64,000 bases of DNA from a candidate division WOR-3 bacterium (GTDB taxonomy: Bacteria > Hydrothermota > Tepidihabitantia > Tepidihabitantales > Tepidihabitantaceae). Position 1 is the first letter of the stretch; the number at the start of each line of letters is the position of its first letter. Below the pieces are notes generated by a model. It had not been told where the DNA came from. It saw nothing but the letters and a program-made list of their open reading frames with translations, and ran no database searches. This document shows, one piece after another, positions 40,041 through 50,042 of the stretch. The stretch covers positions 96,001 to 160,000 of the forward strand of contig CBFGKH010000006.1 of NCBI GenBank assembly GCA_965649295.1, in the 5' to 3' direction. Made by a program: the position numbers and the translations under genes.

Positions 40041-41432
40041 CTACTCCTTTGTTCCGGCCAGCAGCGTTCGCGCCTGCTCGACCACTGCCTCGGCCCGTTC
40101 GCGCGTCCTGGCCTCGGCGATTATCCTCAAGAGCGGCTCGGTATTCGACGGCCGCACATGCAGCCAGTAGTCGCTGCCCGCAATGCGCAGCCCGTCCTGA
40201 GTGTCCACGGCGGCGTCAGCGAACCCGGCCAGCAGTTGCGGCGTTCGTTCGGCGAACTCCTCACGCGAGACCGCTAGTGTCGTCTTCACCATTTCGTAGT
40301 GCGGCAGCCGCTGCCGGATGGCTGACAGCCTCACGTTCGGCTGGCTGAGCAACGCCAGCACTGTCGCGGCTGCGACCAGCCCGTCGCGAGTCGGGTTGAC
40401 ACTCGGCACAATCACACCACCGTTCCCCTCGCCGCCCAGCACCGCGCCGGTCTCAAGCATTCGCTCCAGCACCGACACTTCGCCGACCGGCGTCCGAACC
40501 ACCTCGGCTCCCAGTGTCCGGCAGACATCTTCGACGGCCCGTGTCGTCGAAAGGTTGACAACCACCTTGGCGCTTTGGCTCTTGGTTTTTGGCTTTTGGC
40601 TTTCGCCTTGGGCTCCGAGTAGGCTCAGGCATGCGAGGCATATCGTCGCTTCTTCTCCCAATGGCGTCCCGGTCTCATCCACGCAACTGAAGCGGTCACC
40701 GTCCGGGTCGAACGCCAATCCGGCATCCAGCCCCTGCTCCCGCACCACGGTGCAGAGCGTACCCAGGTGCGCTGCCATCGGTTCGGGTCGGCGCGGAAAA
40801 CCGTGCTTCATTGTCGCCGGTGACGGATCGCAGTAGATGCACGTCACCTCGTGCCCAAACCTCTCGACCAGTCGCTTCGCCGCCACTGCCGCTGCCCCAT
40901 TGGCCGCGTCAATCCCAATGCGCCGCCGCGCGCCGGCTTGCGGACAGATGCCGCTGGCGACAATCGCCGCCACATGCTCGTCAACTGCCCCACCGTCTGC
41001 CTGAACCGGCTGCAGCCCCAGCCAGTCAGTCCGCCGCACCGGCCCACTAGCCCGGGAGCGCAGTTCCTCAATCTCGGCCGGCCGCAGAAAGGTGCCATCG
41101 CTGCGGCAGAACTTCATTCCATTCCAACGGTCGGGGTTGTGGCTGGCAGTGATTACAATACCGCCGGCCAGGTTGTGAGTACGGGTGTAATACAAAACGG
41201 TCGGCGTCGGAACGATACCAAGGTCAACAACCTCACAGCCAACCGAAGCCAGGCCGGCAACTGCCGCGGCCGCAAGCATCTCACCTGACAACCGTGAGTC
41301 ACGTCCCAGCGCCACCCGCTGGCCGACGCGCGTTGACCCGAACGCCGCCGCGAACCGGGTCACTGTTTCGGGAAGCAGGTCATCGCCGACGACACCACGC
41401 AGACCAGAGATGCTGAGAATGGGATGCTGCAC
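40041..41432 (-). CDS. glmM: Phosphoglucosamine mutase
   Basis: ITASHNP, FDPDGDR, GGEGNGG, RPSNTEP; adjacent to glmS. Confidence 0.88.
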   Translation of the reverse strand: MQHPILSISGLRGVVGDDLLPETVTRFAAAFGSTRVGQRVALGRDSRLSGEMLAAAAVAGLASVGCEVVDLGIVPTPTVLYYTRTHNLAGGIVITASHNPDRWNGMKFCRSDGTFLRPAEIEELRSRASGPVRRTDWLGLQPVQADGGAVDEHVAAIVASGICPQAGARRRIGIDAANGAAAVAAKRLVERFGHEVTCIYCDPSPATMKHGFPRRPEPMAAHLGTLCTVVREQGLDAGLAFDPDGDRFSCVDETGTPLGEEATICLACLSLLGAQGESQKPKTKSQSAKVVVNLSTTRAVEDVCRTLGAEVVRTPVGEVSVLERMLETGAVLGGEGNGGVIVPSVNPTRDGLVAAATVLALLSQPNVRLSAIRQRLPHYEMVKTTLAVSREEFAERTPQLLAGFADAAVDTQDGLRIAGSDYWLHVRPSNTEPLLRIIAEARTRERAEAVVEQARTLLAGTKE

Positions 41433-41611
41433 TGGGGCGATTATAGTCCCAGTGCCGCAAGGGGTCAAACTGCCAGAGGCTGTCATTTTGCGGCGGCAAC
41501 GCGGCCGAGGAACCGTCGGGCTGGTTGCGACTGTGTGCCAACCCGCATCGCCGCTTTGACTTCTGCCCGCTGCTCTGCTAACTTCTGACCAAGACGCAGC
41601 GGTGAACCCCG

Positions 41612-42748
41612 ATGAAACGACTTGCGCTGTCCCTCTTTGTCCTGACATTTCTTGTCGCCGGCTGCGGCCAGCAGCCGGTGGTCTGGCAGTACCGGATTGA
41701 CAGAAACAACGATGAGATGGCGAAGGCCATAACGACCGACGGCACGAACCTCTATGTCGGCGCGACCGTGGTAAGGCCGGACGGTTCGGACCGGGCAATA
41801 CCGCTCGTCACCAAGCTCTCGCCCGATGGCAAGGAGCTATGGTCGAAGCTGTATCAGTACGCGGTGTACAGCACCTGCGAAGACCTGGTTGCTGACAGCA
41901 CTGGCACCTGCTACTTGGTTGGCCGCGTCCGGCCCCAGGAGAAGACCGCCTGCCTGGTTGCCAGCTATGCGCCGGACAGCCGGGTGCTCTGGCAGAAAGG
42001 GCTCGAACTCGGGGACAAGACCTGGGGAATGGGCATCACCAAGGTCGGTGAAGACAAGCTCGCCATCTGCGGCCTTGCCGGCACCGAGGAGAACAGCGAC
42101 TACCTGATTGCCCTGCTCAACGCTGGAGACGGCCGTACGATTTGGGCCCGCAACTACGACCTGAGCAAGAGCGACATCGCTTGGCGCATCGCCAGCGACC
42201 ACAAAGGCAATCTGGCAGTTGTCGGCCAACACGGTAACGATGACATCATCGTCATCAAGACAGCGCCGAACGGCGATACCCTCTGGACCCGCAGCTATGA
42301 CTCCGGCGGTGAGGACCGGGCTGGCGACATCGCCTTTGACCCGTTCGGCAACGTGCTTGTCACCGGCACGGCTCAAGTCGGCGATTCCACCCGCTGCGTC
42401 ATCCTTGAATACGACCCGGACGGCGGCGTCATTCGCAAGGCCGCCTACGGTGAACAGGCTCAGGCCGAAGGCCGGGGCATCTGCGTCACCCCCGCCAGCG
42501 ACATCTTCATTGCCGGCACGCTGCTCGGTGCGAAGACCGCGACCGGACGCAAGGCCGAACTCCTCGCCTTCGAATACCGACCGAGTGCGGTGTCAGTTTG
42601 GGAGCGGCACTACGCACCATCAGGAGACGAAGCAGCGGGTGTGGACTTGGTCGTAGCCGACAATGTCTATGCCGTCGCCAACGTCAACAGTCGAACCCGG
42701 GATGCCGTGGTCTGCTGCTTCAGCCGGCCAGTCCCAAAGCGACGTTAG
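41612..42748 (+). CDS. Lipoprotein with beta-propeller (SBBP-like) repeats
   Basis: Lipobox VAGC; repeated K..PDG..LW...Y units. Confidence 0.8.
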   Translation: MKRLALSLFVLTFLVAGCGQQPVVWQYRIDRNNDEMAKAITTDGTNLYVGATVVRPDGSDRAIPLVTKLSPDGKELWSKLYQYAVYSTCEDLVADSTGTCYLVGRVRPQEKTACLVASYAPDSRVLWQKGLELGDKTWGMGITKVGEDKLAICGLAGTEENSDYLIALLNAGDGRTIWARNYDLSKSDIAWRIASDHKGNLAVVGQHGNDDIIVIKTAPNGDTLWTRSYDSGGEDRAGDIAFDPFGNVLVTGTAQVGDSTRCVILEYDPDGGVIRKAAYGEQAQAEGRGICVTPASDIFIAGTLLGAKTATGRKAELLAFEYRPSAVSVWERHYAPSGDEAAGVDLVVADNVYAVANVNSRTRDAVVCCFSRPVPKRR

Positions 42749-43270
42749 ATGATCGCTGCTCTTAGCGGCATCCGGCCGGTTATCGCTCCTGACGCCTATA
42801 TCGCGCCCAATGCCACAATCATCGGCCGCGTGACGGTCGGTTCGGGTTCGAGCATCTGGTTCAACACCGTCCTGCGCGGCGATATGGACGCAATCACGGT
42901 CGGCACTGATACGAATATCCAGGACCTCGCAATGGTTCACGTTGACGATAAGACGCCCTGCATTATCGGCAGCCGCGTGACCATCGGCCACCGCGCCATC
43001 GTCCACGGCTGCGTCCTCGAAGACGAATGTCTCGTCGGGATGGGCGCAGTGATTCAGAACCGGGCCCACATCGGCCGCCACTCGCTCGTTGCCTCCGGTT
43101 CGGTGGTGCGCGAGGGCTTTACGGTGCCACCGGGCAAGCTCGTCGTCGGTGTGCCCGCGGTAGTAAAGCGCGACCTGACCGCGGCCGAGATTGAGCTGAT
43201 TCTGCACATCAGCCGTAACTACGCGGCCCGGGGACGACAATACCAGACCGGGTTTGTAAGGCTGGACTAA
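42749..43270 (+). CDS. Gamma carbonic anhydrase family protein
   Basis: LRGD, TNIQD..MVH, TIGH.AIVHGC hexapeptide repeats. Confidence 0.93.
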   Translation: MIAALSGIRPVIAPDAYIAPNATIIGRVTVGSGSSIWFNTVLRGDMDAITVGTDTNIQDLAMVHVDDKTPCIIGSRVTIGHRAIVHGCVLEDECLVGMGAVIQNRAHIGRHSLVASGSVVREGFTVPPGKLVVGVPAVVKRDLTAAEIELILHISRNYAARGRQYQTGFVRLD

Positions 43271-43271
43271 G

Positions 43272-44681
43272 ATGCTGGGGCTGCTGCTCGGGCTGATTGC
43301 ATCTCCGCTGTCCGGGCCGGGCGACATCGGCCAGGCCTTCTTCAACCAGTCCTGGTGCCAGCAACCTACCAGCGGCCACTACCAACCACCGCTGCCGCGT
43401 TCACTCGGCCTCGGCCAGGTTCTCCTTGACTCTGGCCCGATTACCGCCTACAGCGTCTGCACCGACACTAGCGGCACCGTCTGGCTCGCGCTCGCCCGAG
43501 CTGATGATACCCTGCGCCTACTCGCCTCCCACGACCAGGGTCAGACCTGGCAACAACAGCAATGGCTCTATGCTGGAGCGCCGCTCCGTCAGGTCAGGCT
43601 GCTTTCGCCGGTGGCTGGCCCGGTTGTCCTGCTGGCATTCGTTCTGGTCGCGAGTGGTGACGGTGACCTCTGGCTCTGGCGCGTCAATCAGGACACCGGC
43701 TCGGCGCTGCTGCCGGTTGTTGTTGGCCCGGATACGATTGACGACTTTGCGGTGGCGCTCGACCGCACCACAAACTACTACACCTACTGTGTCTATGTCA
43801 ACGAGCGCCGGGCCGGCCGCACCGGTGGCTTCATCCGCAGTAGCGACCAGGGCCAGACCTGGAGTCCAGAAACCGACTTCTGGAACGCCCACGACCCCCA
43901 GCTTCTCGCCACCAACAGTTCAATGGTGCACGCTGCCTGGCGCTTTGCCATCGGCGGCACCCAGCTTCACTATGCCTACAACCGTCACTGCGGAACACCC
44001 CGGTACTGGTCAACGGTTCGGACTCTCACCGCCAGCCGCTACCGCCACTCCTCACCGCTGTTGGCTCAGGCTGACACCGGTGGCGGCTACTGGTCAGCGG
44101 TCTGGGCATTCTCGACCGTCTATCGCTACGACACCCTCAGCCGCGAGATTGAGTATGCTTGGAGTCCCACTAACGGCGACTGGTGGTTCACCGGCAAAGC
44201 CTTGGGCAACAGCTTTGTCGAGCAGTGGCCGGTCAGCCTTGCCAGCGACCCGACCGGCCCGGGTGGTTTTGTCGGCCTGCTCTACCTTTCCGGCCGGATT
44301 CTGGCGCTCGACTCACTCCAGCTCTACTGGCGCTGCGCCAACATCTACAGCCCTGAGTTCTGGACCCCGCCGGTGCTGGTCAGCTCCTCGCCGGTCATCC
44401 CCGAACCGGCACCGCAGCTCTGCCATGTTCGGTTTGGCGACTGGCGCGGCCCGCTCGTCTTCTACTGCACCGCCGACTCCGCCCTCAACATCGGCGCCGG
44501 CTGGCTGCCACCACCAAGCGACACCTCCCCGCGGCCAATCGTTGCCGGCCGCACCCCAAAGCCAACCGCCGCCATCTACGATGCGCTTGGCCGCCGCGTC
44601 AACCCGCAAAACCTTCGGCCCGGCATCTACTTCTACCGTCCGACCACCGGCCCCAGTTGCCGAACTCTCCTCCGACCCTGA
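43272..44681 (+). CDS. Secreted BNR protein, paralog of 21908-23356, with a short CTD
   Basis: SHDQGQTW and SSDQGQTW Asp-boxes; VGPDTIDDFA matches VGPDTITDFA; IYDALGR...PGIYF. Confidence 0.75.
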   Translation: MLGLLLGLIASPLSGPGDIGQAFFNQSWCQQPTSGHYQPPLPRSLGLGQVLLDSGPITAYSVCTDTSGTVWLALARADDTLRLLASHDQGQTWQQQQWLYAGAPLRQVRLLSPVAGPVVLLAFVLVASGDGDLWLWRVNQDTGSALLPVVVGPDTIDDFAVALDRTTNYYTYCVYVNERRAGRTGGFIRSSDQGQTWSPETDFWNAHDPQLLATNSSMVHAAWRFAIGGTQLHYAYNRHCGTPRYWSTVRTLTASRYRHSSPLLAQADTGGGYWSAVWAFSTVYRYDTLSREIEYAWSPTNGDWWFTGKALGNSFVEQWPVSLASDPTGPGGFVGLLYLSGRILALDSLQLYWRCANIYSPEFWTPPVLVSSSPVIPEPAPQLCHVRFGDWRGPLVFYCTADSALNIGAGWLPPPSDTSPRPIVAGRTPKPTAAIYDALGRRVNPQNLRPGIYFYRPTTGPSCRTLLRP

Positions 44682-46477
44682 AACCACTCCAGCCGCCCTT
44701 CTGTCCGACCACGGCCGCCGAAATGAAATCACTCGGCTGGGACGAGTGTGACATCATCATCGTCACCGGCGACGCCTACGTTGACCATCCTGCCTTTGGA
44801 ACAGCCATCATCAGTCGGGTGCTGCTCGCTGCCGGCTACCGCGTCGGCATCATCCCCCAACCGCGCTGGCAAAATCCGGTTGACATCAGCCGGCTCGGCC
44901 GGCCCCGGCTCTTCTTCGGCGTCACCGCCGGCAACGTTGACTCGCTTTTGGCCAACCACAGCCCCACCCTCAACCGGCGCCAGCGCGACGACTACTCACC
45001 AGCCGGCCAGCCGGGCCGACGACCGGACCGGGCAACAATCGTCTATTGCAATCTCCTGCGGCAGGCTTTCCCCGATACCCCCCTCGTCATCGGCGGCATC
45101 GAAGCCAGCCTGCGCCGACTCGCCCACTACGACTACTGGACCGACTCGGTGCGCCGCTCCCTCCTCCTTGACACCCGCGCCGACATCCTTGCCTACGGCA
45201 TGGCCGAACGAGCAGTCCTCACCATCGCCGAGCGCCTGAGCTGCCCCAGCCCTGACCTCGCTGGCATTCCCGGCACCGCCATCATCAGCCGCGACCCGCC
45301 CCCTGGCCCGCACGTACTGTTGCCGGCGTTCGAACAGGTAAGCAAAGACAAAGCCGCCTTCAATCAGGCGTTCCGCCGCTGGTATTGCGAAACCGCCAAG
45401 CCGGTTGTCCAACCCCACAGTGACCGGCTCGTAATCCAATACCCGCCCGGCCCACCACTCCCCACCGCCGAACTCGACCGCATCTACGAACTCCCCTACT
45501 CGCGCCAGCCCCATCCGTCCTACCGGCAGCCAATACCGGCACTGGCCACCGTCCGATTCTCAATCACCTCCCATCGCGGCTGTCTTGGCACCTGCTCATT
45601 CTGCTCACTCGCCGCCCACCAGGGCCGCATAGTCCAGTCCCGCAGCCCCGAATCAATCCTGCGCGAAGCCCAAATCATCACCAAACTGGCCGACTTTCGC
45701 GGCCACATCACCGACATCGGCGGCCCCAGCGCCAACATGTACCAAGCCACCTGCCCGCAACTGCGACGAGGCACCGCCTGCGCCAACCGCGAATGCACCC
45801 ATCCCCAGCCCTGCCCCAATCTCCAACTCGCATTCGAACAACAACTCGAAATGCTCGCGGCAGTGCGAAGACTGCCCGAAGTCAAAAAAGTCTCGGTCGG
45901 CACCGGCATCCGCTTCGACCTCCTCGCCAACCCGGCCGGCACCCGCTACCTCGAACAACTCTGCCGCCACTACCTCTCCGGCCAGTTGCGCATTGCACCC
46001 GAACACGTCTCCGATCGAGTCCTCGCCGCCATGCACAAAGGCCGGCACGAGGCCTACCGCCAGTTCCGCCGCCGCTTCTATGCCATAAACCGGCAACTGG
46101 GGCGAAAACAATACCTGATACCCTACTTCATCTCCGGCCATCCCGGCGCGACAATCGAAGACGCCGTCCGCCTCGCCGAACACCTCGTGCGAACCGAACG
46201 TATCCTCATCCGGCAGGTGCAACAGTTCACCCCGCTGCCCATGACCGCGGCCGCTGCTGCCTGGCACACCGGCCATGACCCCTTCACCGGCCAACCCCTG
46301 CCGGTTGCCCGCGACCCCAAAGAACAACGGCTCCAACGGGCCCTGCTCCAGCTTCAACAACCCAAAAACTTCAACTACGCTGTCCAAGAACTGCAGCGCC
46401 GCGGCCGACCCGACCTGGCCAAACGGCTCCTCGCCCTGCAGCCGCTGCTCAACCGCCGTCTTGACAGCCGCCAATGA
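44657..46477 (+). CDS. ygiQ: YgiQ family radical SAM protein
   Basis: VTGDAYVDHP, HRGCLGTCSFC, GGPSANMY, APEH; start uncertain. Confidence 0.92.
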   Translation: MPNSPPTLKPLQPPFCPTTAAEMKSLGWDECDIIIVTGDAYVDHPAFGTAIISRVLLAAGYRVGIIPQPRWQNPVDISRLGRPRLFFGVTAGNVDSLLANHSPTLNRRQRDDYSPAGQPGRRPDRATIVYCNLLRQAFPDTPLVIGGIEASLRRLAHYDYWTDSVRRSLLLDTRADILAYGMAERAVLTIAERLSCPSPDLAGIPGTAIISRDPPPGPHVLLPAFEQVSKDKAAFNQAFRRWYCETAKPVVQPHSDRLVIQYPPGPPLPTAELDRIYELPYSRQPHPSYRQPIPALATVRFSITSHRGCLGTCSFCSLAAHQGRIVQSRSPESILREAQIITKLADFRGHITDIGGPSANMYQATCPQLRRGTACANRECTHPQPCPNLQLAFEQQLEMLAAVRRLPEVKKVSVGTGIRFDLLANPAGTRYLEQLCRHYLSGQLRIAPEHVSDRVLAAMHKGRHEAYRQFRRRFYAINRQLGRKQYLIPYFISGHPGATIEDAVRLAEHLVRTERILIRQVQQFTPLPMTAAAAAWHTGHDPFTGQPLPVARDPKEQRLQRALLQLQQPKNFNYAVQELQRRGRPDLAKRLLALQPLLNRRLDSRQ

Positions 46478-46516
46478 CCAAAGCTACACTTCGCTGAAAC
46501 TGAAAGGAGATAGGCT

Positions 46517-47134
46517 ATGAGGCACTTGCCGTGGCTGACCCTGCTCCTGCTCAGCGCGGGCTGCAACCCGTTCCAGCAGGACAAAGAGTTCAAACCCAAA
46601 GGAACCCCGTTCACCCTCAATCCGGCAATCACCGTCACCGCCCTCTACGGCTCAGACACCGGCTACAGCCGCCACGGGTTCTTCAACCTCGAACTACGCG
46701 GCCGGGCCACTACCATTGTCATCGAAACCCTGCCCGGCGGACTCTTCTTCATCCCCAAAAACAAAGAGACCCAGAACCTGATAGTCATCAAGCCCCAGGT
46801 CTTCTTATTCAGCACCGTCGAGACAACCTATGTCATCGGCGCATTCTGCTGCAACGCCGGCCTCCACGCGCCCGACGCATCAGACGACTACACAATAGGC
46901 CCGGTTACCGACAATCCTGACCTGCGGAAGATTGTCAACATTTGCGCCGACCGCGACCTCACCTTTCACGGATTCCTGGTCCAGGAAGCAGTCTGGCAGG
47001 TAACCGATGGCGACGGCCTCACCCCGGGCATGGAAGACTCGCTGCGCAACCTGCTACCACCCGACACCTCGCGCCTGCCCGAACCAACGTCATTGCCCCT
47101 GCGACCACTAAAACCGCAACCCCGAAAATACTAG
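46517..47134 (+). CDS. Lipoprotein with thioester-domain-like motifs, paralog 1
   Basis: AGGAG RBS, lipobox SAGC; TQNLIV, AFCCN, VQEAVWQVTD. Confidence 0.75.
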   Translation: MRHLPWLTLLLLSAGCNPFQQDKEFKPKGTPFTLNPAITVTALYGSDTGYSRHGFFNLELRGRATTIVIETLPGGLFFIPKNKETQNLIVIKPQVFLFSTVETTYVIGAFCCNAGLHAPDASDDYTIGPVTDNPDLRKIVNICADRDLTFHGFLVQEAVWQVTDGDGLTPGMEDSLRNLLPPDTSRLPEPTSLPLRPLKPQPRKY

Positions 47135-47137
47135 CCA

Positions 47138-47698
47138 ATGCGCCGGCTGCTACCCGTCCTGCTGCTCCTGCTCCTGGCCGGCTGCGACTACCTGGGCACC
47201 GGCGAATTTGAGCCAACCGGCACGCCATTCAACCTCAATCCGCAGCTCGACGTTGTCGCCATCACCGGCAGCCCGGAAACCGACCCCCGCGGCCCAATGA
47301 CAATGCGAATGACCCTCGCCTCAAACACCGGTAGCCCGGCCAGCGACCTACTGCCCGCCGGACTAACCCTCCGCCGGCGCAACACCACTGCCCAGCACAT
47401 GATACTCCTCAAACCGCATGCCGTCACCGCTCCGGCCACCGGCAGCACCGCCAATCGCCTTGGCGCGTTCTGCTGCAACCGCTGGCGCCGACCGCCCGAA
47501 ATCGAAGACGCCTACGACATCGGCCCGATAACCGACGACCCCGGGCTGCGCCAGATTATCGCACTCGTTCGCGACAAAGACATCAGTGACGGCAGCAACA
47601 TGTGGATGGTGCAACGCGCAGTCTATATGGTCACCGATTCAACTGGGCTGAATCAGGCTTACATTGACTCGCTCAATTCCTTGCCACCGGCTCGTTGA
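47138..47698 (+). CDS. Lipoprotein with thioester-domain-like motifs, paralog 2
   Basis: Lipobox LAGC; AQHMIL, AFCCN, VQRAVYMVTD. Confidence 0.75.
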   Translation: MRRLLPVLLLLLLAGCDYLGTGEFEPTGTPFNLNPQLDVVAITGSPETDPRGPMTMRMTLASNTGSPASDLLPAGLTLRRRNTTAQHMILLKPHAVTAPATGSTANRLGAFCCNRWRRPPEIEDAYDIGPITDDPGLRQIIALVRDKDISDGSNMWMVQRAVYMVTDSTGLNQAYIDSLNSLPPAR

Positions 47699-47708
47699 AG
47701 CGGATGCG

Positions 47709-49823
47709 CTAGGAGCCGAGTAGGGTCAGGGTGATGGTGCTGCTCTCGCCTTCGCCAGCCAGTCGGCAGAAATAGACGCCGGTCGCCAGTCGGTTCCCGA
47801 ACTCGTCAAGTCCGTCCCATCCAACCGAATGCTCGCCAGCACCAAGGTAACTGTCGAGGAGCGTGCGCACTGCCCTGCCCGACCGGTCAAATATCGTCAT
47901 CCGCACCCGCTGCCCTAGCTGCAGGCCAAACCGAATGGTTGCCCCATAACGAACCGGGTTGGGTTGCACCCAAAGACGCTGGCCGACTTGGCTGATTGTT
48001 GGGCCGGTCCTTGCCAAGGCCAAGGGTGGAGTTTGGTAGTGCTCAATCGGGTAGCCGGGCTCGAGGTCACGACCATTGAACCCGGGAAAGTCCGGGGCAT
48101 AGCGTGTTGCCCGGAAGACACTGCTGCTACTAGTCGGGTCGTCGCCCTGCACCAGCGGTGCGGCGGCGACCGGATTCTGGTAGCGCCAGACAATCCTGCA
48201 GTCGGCGGCGACTTCCCGGAAGTTGCCCTTGCCGCCCTCGCAGATCAGGGTATTGCCGTTTGGCAGTCGGTGCGCTCCTGAGATGTAGGCCGAGAAAAGA
48301 CTGGAAGGCGGGTCGGCCCGATAGCTCCAGACCAGTTCGCGCGGGCCGTGCGGAACGCCCGGCAACGGCCGTGGATAGCGGCCGGTGCTGTCTGCCGGCG
48401 GCGTGAACTCATCAACTGTCGAGAAACTGCCGCCCGGCCGGTTCAGGCCGTTGTTGTACACCATCAGGTTGCCGGCGCCGGGCAGGCCGGGCTCAATCCA
48501 ACGGACGTCGTGCTGGCCAAAGAAGACCTGGTCCATGGCGGTGCCGGCGCGATAGGCCTGGGGATTGCCCCAGCGGTAAAGGATGTCGCCGCCCATTCCT
48601 TGCCGGCCTCCGGTGTGGCCGCGAGCTTCTTCGGTAGTGGTGCTGTGGTCAATTATCCAAATCTCGTTCAGGTTGCGAACGCTGAGCGCAATCTGGTCCA
48701 GCTCAGGGTTGTAGTCAATCGCATTGATGTGCAGCCAGTCTGGGTAGTTTGTGCCGAAGTTGATGTCAACCAGTTCGGGGTGGTCGGCGACGACGCCGTA
48801 GTTGGCTTTGGTTGAGTCGTAGTCTTGAATGAGGTGGTCCCAGACGTGCCATTCCCAGACGATGCGGTTGGTGGCGGGGTCAACCTCGATGACGTGGTCG
48901 GGCCGGAAGCTGTTGAGTACCAGTCCCGGCCGACGACCGGCTGCCAGGGCTTCGGCCCTTGTTTTTGACTCGTAGGCCACCATCAGCACGTGGCCGTTGG
49001 GCATTGGTTCGACGTCGTGATGCTGACAGTGGAGCGTGTCGGCACAATTGAACGCCCAGATCAGGTTGCCGTTCCAGTCGTAGCGCTCAACCCGGCCGCC
49101 CGGCGCCGAGAACGGGTTGTTGACGCTGGCTGGCCGCAGCAGGCTGCCGTCGGGCAGAAGATAGGCAGAAAGCCCGGGCGTGTACGCACTCTGCCACGAC
49201 CGAATTAGTCGGCCGCAGTTGTCAATGAGATAGGTCTTGGTGGAAAGGATTGGAGCAAAGAGCGTGTAACCCGGCGACGCGCCGCTGTCGTTCTGCAGTA
49301 GCCCAACTGTCGTCCGCTCGGCCGAAAGCTCAACTGCATAGCTTCCGAGTGAGGAATCAGCGCGAAGGTCGTTCCAAGTCCCGACTCGCCGGCCAACAGC
49401 CTCACCGAGATTGACGGCATTGGCGCCACCGGCATTGTCCGGTTCACCGGCTGTCCAGTCCCGGTAGTTCATCGGCTCGCCGGTAATCCAGGTCCAACCG
49501 CTGTCCGGCTCTGGCGAACCAGCCGGCTGATACCCACCCAGCCATGGTCCAGCCAATCTGCCGTCTGGCCGTTTTCGCCAGAAACGATCGGCGTCGGCCT
49601 GTGCGAACAGAAATGAATCCTCGGCCGGCGAGGTCAGCGTGGCGAGATAGCCGCCGCGGGCCACTGCTGAGTCATTGGCCTGATACCAGTTTATCCCCCT
49701 ATCAACGTTGATGACGTGATAGTAGTGAATCGTGCCGTCAGGATGAACCCACGGCTCCGGCTGGGCGAAAACCGTTCCGGCAAGAGAAAGAGCAATAGCA
49801 ACGAACAGTGACTTTGGTCTCAT
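47709..49823 (-). CDS. Arylsulfate sulfotransferase family protein with N-terminal C-type lectin domain and FlgD-Ig CTD
   Basis: GYLATLTS..E, WLGG, WTAGEPDN, WND (CLec); QHHD, WLHINAIDY, GQHD, RLPNGNTLI (ASST); WDGLD...GVYFCR. Confidence 0.85.
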   Translation of the reverse strand: MRPKSLFVAIALSLAGTVFAQPEPWVHPDGTIHYYHVINVDRGINWYQANDSAVARGGYLATLTSPAEDSFLFAQADADRFWRKRPDGRLAGPWLGGYQPAGSPEPDSGWTWITGEPMNYRDWTAGEPDNAGGANAVNLGEAVGRRVGTWNDLRADSSLGSYAVELSAERTTVGLLQNDSGASPGYTLFAPILSTKTYLIDNCGRLIRSWQSAYTPGLSAYLLPDGSLLRPASVNNPFSAPGGRVERYDWNGNLIWAFNCADTLHCQHHDVEPMPNGHVLMVAYESKTRAEALAAGRRPGLVLNSFRPDHVIEVDPATNRIVWEWHVWDHLIQDYDSTKANYGVVADHPELVDINFGTNYPDWLHINAIDYNPELDQIALSVRNLNEIWIIDHSTTTEEARGHTGGRQGMGGDILYRWGNPQAYRAGTAMDQVFFGQHDVRWIEPGLPGAGNLMVYNNGLNRPGGSFSTVDEFTPPADSTGRYPRPLPGVPHGPRELVWSYRADPPSSLFSAYISGAHRLPNGNTLICEGGKGNFREVAADCRIVWRYQNPVAAAPLVQGDDPTSSSSVFRATRYAPDFPGFNGRDLEPGYPIEHYQTPPLALARTGPTISQVGQRLWVQPNPVRYGATIRFGLQLGQRVRMTIFDRSGRAVRTLLDSYLGAGEHSVGWDGLDEFGNRLATGVYFCRLAGEGESSTITLTLLGS

Positions 49824-50042
49824 GGGCTGCCTCCGTTGTCAACCTTGAAGCCGGCTGACGATAAAGCTCATGCTATTAGACATGGTTGAGACAGGAATAC
49901 TGCGGTTGTTAGGGAAAGCACGACCGACGGCCGCGATTGGGCCGTGTTCCGCGGTAACCAACGCGGAGCCACAGTTCGAGTCTAGGCTCCGGCCAAAGCC
50001 GTGTCAATCAACTCTGTGCTGGTGGGGCCGGGCTGCTGTCGG

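Noticed and set aside
43297..44751. 484-aa alternate-frame ORF and other long antisense or overlapping ORFs (e.g. 27129-28109, 32893-33774, 57714-58598)
   Set aside because: Shadow ORFs of GC-rich genes with low-complexity composition that overlap well-supported CDSs
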